A DNA stretch of 64,000 nucleotides, taken from contig CM022670.1 of NCBI GenBank assembly GCA_012295275.1, forward strand, positions 7,874,001 through 7,938,000, written 5' to 3'. Numbering within the stretch: the first letter of the stretch is position 1; the number at the start of each line of letters is the position of its first letter. Below, piece by piece: positions 55,571-64,000 of this stretch. The position numbers and the translations under genes are program-made. The DNA comes from Chrysomallon squamiferum (taxonomy: Eukaryota; Animalia; Mollusca). The notes under the pieces are model-generated. The model did no database searches and had not been told where the DNA came from. It worked only from the letters and a program-made list of their open reading frames with translations.

Positions 55571-58500
55571 TACTCTTCTGAAATCCAGTACCATTATAAA
55601 CACATGAAAATGTATAGTTATAACCCAATCACTGCACCCATACAGGCTTATTTTATGTCCTGTGTCCAGCATGTTAATTTTAATGAAGATTGTAAAATGT
55701 AACGCAAGATAATGAGTTAATGGAACCAAGCCATTGTGTACTCACTTGGCAATTGCTTTTGTCTTTTCATTAGTAAATCTTGCCTAAAAAGTCATGGATA
55801 TTAATTACTTTATCTTCCTAATGGTTATGAATAAAGGACTTGATGGCTCCGTGTGCCAAATGGCTTCTGCATAACCTTCGCCATTTCCTTTCGTGAAAAC
55901 ATTTACAATGTCTATCAAGTAAATTGGAAAAAAGATTTAGTGCCATGGTATTGTCTGATCATGATATAGCTGTGTTTGAGATGTTCTTTAGAGGGGGTTT
56001 TTTGTTGTTGTTTTTTGTTTTTTTCTTTCTGAAGAATCTAAGAGTTTGAGTCTTCTTAATTAGATGTATCTTAATGAACAAAGAATCTGGACCAAAATGA
56101 GAATTTTTTTTTTTTTAAATTTCTATTTTAGCTTATATATGGATAAAATTTCCTATTTAATCTGTTCCTTGCTAATTTTTTGTTTCACTTTTTTATTTCT
56201 TTATTTTTTTTATAATAATTATTGTTATTATTATTGTTGTTGTTTTGTTATTATTTATTTATTTATTTATTTATTATTATTTTTTATTAATCTATTATTA
56301 TTATTATTGTGTTGTGTTTACTATTTTTGAATTAAATGTAATTAGTTACAGAGAAAACAGGAAAAAATAGGAAATAATTTTATTTAGGATGTTGACATGC
56401 ATGATTAATTATAAAAAAATGTATATTGATTACATCCTCATATTAACAAAAACAAATGTTTTTAACAAATATTCATATGCCATTTTTACTAATATAGAAA
56501 CCAAACCATTTAGTTTTTTAATTGGAGGCTTTTATATTTTTATTTTTTGAAAAAGGGAAAACAAAAAAGATATTGTCAGTGTTGCACGTAATGTGTTTAT
56601 AAAAGGTAAATCTATTGTATTTTGACACCTATTATTCAAGTCAGAATTGATGATTTCATTATCAGTTCCATGTCTGGCTGATTTCAAAGTAGATTTTTCA
56701 AAGCACTTGTCACCAGTGCTGTGAATTACAATTGATAATAAATTACAAACTATACAACTCACAGATTTAACTTACTTTTTATATCATTTCCTGCATTAAA
56801 TGCACAATTTCAGTGTGAAGATCTAATTGTAAATGTAGAATTTGTTTGGGTTTTTCTGACTGAGAAGAAAATGAAATAATAGCTTTTATAAATGAAAATT
56901 AAAACGATTTTACTAAGTAATTTAAATTTTCAGTTACGAAAGTGATGGCAAAGGTGAAAGACATATATTTGTGTGCGTGTGTGTCCATAGGCAGATAATG
57001 AATTTAAAAGACAAATACATGATTAATTAGTATTAATTTGACTTGAAATAGTTTGAAAATCTTTAAAAAAAAATCCATGACCCAACTTTTATTTTTAATT
57101 TGGAATATTTAATTAAGATCACTTTTCGATTTGTGTGTTGTTTTTTTATGCTCTTTTTTTTTTTTCCCCTGTCTCTTTTTTTTGCTCTCAAGATGTCTTT
57201 ACCAAATGCTATTTTCTTCTGTTAAATATTGGATTGTGTTATTACACATTCATCTTGCTTATCTTTTGCTTTCTCTTCCTTTCTGATTCTTAAGTGTGTT
57301 TGTGATAAATCAGAAATTGTCCGATCAGTTTGCACTGAATTGTGTAGGCTTCATATCATCCTGAGATTACATTCAGTACACATTGCCCATCTTTTAGGCT
57401 TTCCCTGCACAGCCATGAAACTCGAGACAATATTGTCAGTGTGTCGGTGAATCAATTCCATCTTCTATTAGACCAGTGTGTGCCAGTGATCAAGGCAAAT
57501 GATTAATTGACAAAACTCAGTGGTCTAAGTAATCCTCAAATTGAGAGAAACTTTCAAAGCTAGATGTTAGAGATAATGGTGCACAAGTGTCAGAGGCGAG
57601 ACAGTTTTGCTTGGACTGTATCAAAAAGTGACTCTCCAACACTGTTCTCCGTGCCCAATAATTTCATTACCACGAGCAAATCAGAGCAGTGCTTGTCTCC
57701 CGCAGACTACTTGTTGCTGGCAACAGGCAACCTGTCTGCTGATCAACACCACGGACAACAGCATACAGTGCCAGTGGGCTTTGATGACACACCTCAACAA
57801 CTGGGCTTCTATCATTTGCTTCATCATCGTCGTGATATGACGAATGTTATGACTTGTACTTTCAGATAGGACACCTGATGATTTTTTGAGTAAAATATTT
57901 GTTTTCTTATATTTGACATCTCTTTTGTAGTTCTTTTTTTTTTTTTTTTTTTTTTTTAAGATGGAAAGTTACAATTTCACTGTTCAAAGTTTACCTTTAC
58001 AAAGTTTGGAATTATGTTTTTCGTCAAAAATAATACAGTGGTTTTTCAGACATTCATACTCAGAAAGGCCTTAAAAGGTTTTATTTATTTGATTTGATTT
58101 TCATTTTAATTATTATTTCATTTGATTATTACTTAAAACATTTTTTTAAACAATGTGTCTGTTCACGAGAGGATTTTGTAAATAGCAATAATTTATTCAG
58201 AGGCAGACCAAAGTTATTTGCATCAACTTTTGAATTTTTCAAACATAAAAAAAACCCTGTGACTACATCAATTTATTTTCTGACATTAATTTTGTAGTGA
58301 GTATTTCAACAGTGTTTGTGGAATCAACAGGTTTAAGTTTTAAATCTGTTGCATTTTTCAACAAAGACACTGCTAGCTTTTCAACAGCATGGACAGTGAG
58401 ACAAGGATTTCTCTTGGGAAATGATATTGATCCCCAAACTAGAAGCGACAGGAAGGTTTTCAAACTTAGTTGTCATTTATCCTCCATCATGCTCATTGTT

Positions 58501-59288
58501 GTTAATGACTGTGAAACAAAATATTTTGGATACCGTCGGCTTCACCTGATGGAATCAACTGTTTAAATAAACTGTTCACTTTGAGGAATATTTTGCATAT
58601 ATATCACCAAATGTTTCATTCGCCACTCACAGTTTGTGAAAACTATTGATCCAGGATTGAAAAAGAAAGTGAGAAAAAATACACAAGAGTGTACAAATGT
58701 GTGGCTTTTTGATGTCTTAGCGTTACGATGGATGATTATCTACAGTGATATGTTTTCTATGTACATCAGAGCCTGGCTCGCATATGTTTTTTCAAATGAA
58801 AGAGAAAGCTTTTATATATAAGACAGTCTCATCTGATATATGTAATCTTTAATTCATAAGATTATTAATAGACTTGTATATTTGGTGTAGATTTCAGCTG
58901 ATTGTGAAACATCTTTAGGGAGTAAAGAATAATATTTGAATTTTTTTTTTATTAATATCTGATTTATAAAAAAGCAACAAATTTATGTAAAAATTATAAT
59001 TCTGATTACCTCTGAGACAATTTCGTTTTTGTTTTCTTTTTTTTGAATATTTCTTAAAAAAAGAATTGTAGATGACTTTACTAAATATTAAGTGAAAAAA
59101 TAGAGAAGATTATTTAGCTTCCTTGAAGATCCTCATGAAATATGGAAAATACTAATGTCGGATAATAGTTCTTCCTCTCAGAAGGTATTTATTTATTTTT
59201 AAAAAAAATTTCAATTTCAATTTTTTTTTTTTTACAAAAACTGTTAAAATTTAAAAATTCTTTAATTATATGAGCAATAAAATTCCAA

Positions 59289-59472
59289 ATGACAGTCGAC
59301 TCCATGAATCACCGACCAAAGTTTAACTTCACGACTGCAGAGACTTACCAAAGACGCAGACAGCGTAAAGAGGCACGGCGCTTTAATCTAAAATTGTTTT
59401 CTCATGCCTCTCTCTACCCTAAACAAACCAGGTGGGAGGAACCCTGGATTATTCACCACAATCCACTTGAAG
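59289..59472 (+). CDS. Candidate alternative first coding exon (MTVDSMNHRPKFNF...HNPLE)
   Basis: ATG-initiated open frame with raised GC/CpG content, ending at consensus donor AAG/GTGAGT in phase 1. Confidence 0.5.
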
Positions 59473-60201
59473 GTGAGTAGAACTGCAAGGTGCAGTAGAT
59501 ATCAGAACAACTTCATGTATGTAATACGATTATGGGGAAGAAGACATGAGGGATTGAGTGTGAACAAGTGAGTTGTGTATGTGTGTTTTGGGCAGCAGTA
59601 ATTGTGGATGTAAGCATGATGTTATGGTATGTTTATATTTGTTTATATTTGTCTCCCCGATTGCTGTTTTAAAACAGATTTTTTCTTCTTTTTTTTCCTC
59701 TTTTTAGGTTATTTATATATTTTTATTATTTTTTATTTTTATTTATTTATTTATTTTTTTTATTATTAATATTTTTTTTAGTGGTACATCTTTAAGATTT
59801 TGCATTGGGTAGTGAAAAAAACACCTATATTATACTTAAACTTGATACAGCAGTCAGTCAGTTTTCTGTTGTTGTTTCTAATCTGTCCAGACTTTGTACT
59901 TGTACATAAAGATTTCTCTGAGATACAGATGGTTCTGTAATCAAATTAGTTGTTAATGGACTTCAATATAACATCATTTGTCAACTAATCTGCCTGTAAT
60001 GTGTCGCGAGAGCTTGACAAATCAACACACGCTGGATGCAGTTTCAATTTGGCTTTATGTCACACTCATATCACCACACATTTATTTTGCAGGATTTAGT
60101 TTATTTCTGGATCCCAAATCTGCACATTTTAAATCATGTAAAACTGACAGCTTGTTCAATAGTTATTGTTGACCAAATAATCAAGAGAAAATTTTTTTTT
60201 G

Positions 60202-60271
60202 ATGGATTTCCAATTTAATTTCACACCTGAATTGACATGGCCGAGACATTCTAGTGAAATCCATGTTTCCG
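60202..60271 (+). CDS. Candidate alternative first coding exon (MDFQFNFTPELTWPRHSSEIHVS)
   Basis: ATG-initiated open frame ending at CCG/GTGAGT in phase 1. Confidence 0.35.
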
Positions 60272-60975
60272 GTGAGTCATTTTAAAAGCAACATCGATGT
60301 TTTGAAATTGTATGTAAATGACAAATCACTACATTTTTATAATAATTCTTTCATTACTTCTTAATTTAATTTCCTCAGAATAACTTATGATTATTTTACG
60401 ACAAGAGGTCATCTGGTTTCTCTAAACTTCACATTATTTTTCATTTTTCACTTATTTATTTTTTTCCTCATTTTGTTAATATACTTATTAAGACTGACTG
60501 ATTTTTAAACTGCAAACATTAATGAATAAGTTTGTTTAACAGCACCCCATCACTTTCGATACTATTAGTCATCAAGATTTGTTTTGGTTTGTTTTGTATT
60601 TTGATATTGTTGTATTGAGAGCTGTTACCATTTGATAGTATTAATCTTTAATGTGCTTTCCCTTAGACAGTACAACACATACTAGAGTTTTATAATGCAC
60701 CTTTATATACAAGTGAGAAAAATGAACCATTGATGATGTACCCGAGATGGTTAACTTTGTGATTTTTATTATACATATATTTGTACCAACATAACTGTTC
60801 AGTTGACTGATCATGTAAGTAATGATTAATTTTGTAGCATTATTTCTGTTACGTTGTTTTTTTATCATACCATGAAGCTGTACTGTCACTTGTTTATATG
60901 TGAATGACACAAAAGTATCAATAGGAAGAAAAAAGTCCAACATTTTTACATTGTATATAATGAAAGATTCTGAAG

Positions 60976-61013
<38 letters not shown>

Positions 61014-61630
61014 GGAATTTGGTATTTTTTTAAAAGCTGATATATATATATAAAAAAAAAAAAATTAACTGTTGAATAAATAAGGACATTCACATTTTTG
61101 AAAGAAAGACGAAAACAAATTTATATTTATAATTATGTTCATCTTTATTTCTATACCAACAGATATACATGCAGTGAAATGAAAATTGCTATTTCTATTC
61201 AAGAAGAAAAATAGGTCCAGGAGGGCACTAAAGGTTAACCACCTGGAGGTTTTAAGTTCAGTTCTCCTGAGGGTTATGCTACTCACTCAGCCAGATAATG
61301 ATACAAAATAGTTGAATCTTTCATTTATCCGCAAGTGCTGCAAAGAGCGTAATGAGGCATTGTAAAATGCAAGGAGGAAGACTCTGCAAACCGCATCTCG
61401 GCAGACATTGCATTGTTTGATGTGTAATTAGTATCGAGAGAAATCAGTTACTTGGCAACGACGCTGTAAAATGTAGTACTTCATAAGTGTATGCTGTTGA
61501 GAAAATTAAGTACTCGCCTTCACTATCTCCCGAGTTTTTAGGTCTTCTATCACAGTTAACAGTCATGTCAGGTTATAAAAATTCTAGACATGTAGGCAGC
61601 ATGGTGTCTGCTGTTCAGTATCCATATTTT

Positions 61631-61664
<34 letters not shown>

Positions 61665-64000
61665 CTGTTAACTGTTTCTGATCTCATTTCATGTTTTATT
61701 TATTTCTTTCCTTTTCTTTCTTTCTTTCTTTCTTTCTCTCCCCTTTCTGTCGCTTTCATTCTCTTTTTGACTCTCTTTCTATCTGTCTTTTTCCCTTTAA
61801 TGTTCTCCATAAGTTTCCTATTCTTTTTATAACTAATCTTTAAAATTTCTAAGGTCATGAACTCCCTATGTCAAATAAAGAATTAAACATAACATTGATC
61901 AATCAAAGCAAAAAGGTTTTAGTATTCCACTTTTATATAGTAATTTTGCTTTTTTTTTTCTTAATGAAAAATAATTAAATACAATTATATGTTATCCAAA
62001 GATAAAGTTTATATCAGTCTAAACAGTCAAGAATTGTTTCCATTTCTTTCTTGATTTAAGCATATAAAGTTCATACTGCTCCCAATGTTTTTTTTAAAGA
62101 AATTGTAAATGATATTGGTGTAGTAGAACCAATCTTATTGCTATCATAGAACTAAGCGTTATGTCTAAAACTGGATTTCGAATGCAGTATCATATTTAAG
62201 ACCGGATATCAGGAAAGTATTCTGCTCCAGGGTCCTCATTAATTTGATTTTTTTTTTTTTTTTTTACATATATCTTTTTTCATTTTTTCATTTCTTTTTC
62301 ATCATTCTTTTTTCATTATTATTATTCATCGGTAGAGAGATACTGAAATTAAAATACAAAGGACAAACTTGATTTTATCATCACACAAACATGTTGAAGT
62401 CCTCGGGTCGTTTGCATTATTCAGTGCTGTTTAGTTCTGTAATGATCTCCAAGGGCATAGAAAATCTCGCAAACTGGGCAGTTTCTTTCCAGGCATTGAA
62501 CATCAAACAATACAAGACGAGGGATGAATCAATGTTGTGTCCTCCTAATTGTCCTGAGTGTTATTTTACTGTTGTAATGATCGTGACAATGTCTCCAGGT
62601 GCATATAGGTCTTCAGAACCCATCTCCAGTTGTCAGATGAGATATTTCATGTTCCCTGGCTAGGTCACTGACTTTGTACAATTGTCTCTGTTTTATTCAG
62701 ACTGTTGTAGAGAAAAGACAATAACTAAGTTTATATGTAGCACATTTAAACTGGTTTAATAGTCTCTTTTCATATAACTGAAGCTAGTTAAGAGATTTGC
62801 TGATTTTTGTATGAATCGATTTTTAATACAAATGCTAGGTTTATTGAACATTATTTTAAATTTAGCTTTATTATTTGTTTATTAGAATATTTAAATCTCT
62901 TTAATGGACAAGCTAATGTTCAGATTTATTTAATATATTTAGCACAGTTTTAAATTTAGATGTAAGAATAATGGATTAATTTATTTAAAGCCCTAAATAC
63001 ATTATCTAATATTTATTAGTTAATATACAACAATTATTTGTTTTAGCGATTTGGCAGAAGTAATCCACTAAGTTTGGTTTAATTTGTTTTTTTGGAGCAT
63101 CTGTGTGTGTGTGTGTATCTCTCTCTCTCTATATATATATTGCTCTCTCTATTATGCATTCATTTTTCTTTTTGCACATCACAGAGAAAAAATGTTACTT
63201 AGGTTGAATAGAAAACAAGCAGTAACCAAGAAGAGAATTATCACTTATAAACAATGTATTTTCAATGAATTTTATACTTTTGTTCCTTTGTCACTTACTA
63301 TATATTAAGTATGCTTTCACTCTTCATGCCTTCGTTTCACAACAGAGAAAAAGAAAGTAAAAACCTTAGATAATATCAGTTCTTTTAAAACATTCAATCT
63401 GCTTTCCTTTGCTTTTTATTTTTTTTTTTTTTTGATACAACATGAAGAGCAGCAAGAAGAAAATGTTTCAGTCATTCCATTCTTAAAACACTGAGATGTA
63501 AAATAAATAATTAATCTTGAATTGCCTACTGATTTTGATTTATTATTCTTAGACCATTTTATCTTCTCCTAACTCAAATTCCTGATGATAATATATATTC
63601 TAAATCATTTATTCATTTTTGTTAGAATTTCAGTCATTTAGTGATTTATGTGGTACAAATGGAGATCTCCATGCATTTTACAGTTTGTTATATTTATTAC
63701 TAAATGCTAACCTTTATTACTAATAAAATATGGCTAAATGTCGGTTTTGTAATTTTTATTTCTATGCCCTAAAAAATAAGTCAAATAAAATAATACATAA
63801 AATAATAATAATCATAATAATAAAAGAAGAAAAGAAACAGTGACAAACAAATATTTGTAGTGTATTTAGCCCATTTATATGTACGCTACACTTTGTTCAC
63901 TATTGATGGATCCCAAAACTTTTTATCCAGTTTATATGCAAGTTACAGTTTTTAGTAACAGAGTAATCTATTGTGCATCATAGTATTTGAAGACTGACAA

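Noticed and set aside
57564-57869. 101-aa ORF with an acceptor-like tract ending at 57705
   Set aside because: No donor, no recognisable domain, and it runs to a stop. Insufficient support.
62391-62663. 90-aa ORF
   Set aside because: No splice signals or known motif.

Overview
AT-rich, microsatellite-dense eukaryotic DNA with spliceosomal introns; an invertebrate, possibly molluscan, origin is an inference from gene content only. The left half (1-29 kb) is a rearranged cluster of Golgi glycan-modifying genes. It holds three intact 3-exon carbohydrate sulfotransferases of the CHST8-14/HNK-1ST family (two are near-identical inverted paralogues), a sulfotransferase 3' pseudogene fragment, a disabled STELLO-like (DUF288) gene and the 3' end of a second STELLO-like copy. 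It also holds two MITEs and a decayed inverted relic of the neighbouring GCNA 5' region. The middle (30.6-37.9 kb, minus) is a 12-coding-exon GCNA/ACRC gene with a SprT protease, Zn finger and HMG box. The right half (39.3-64 kb, plus) is the intron-rich 5' part of an unidentified large gene, apparently sharing a bidirectional promoter with GCNA and carrying several candidate alternative phase-1 first coding exons. All alignments were done by eye, so repeat boundaries are approximate.
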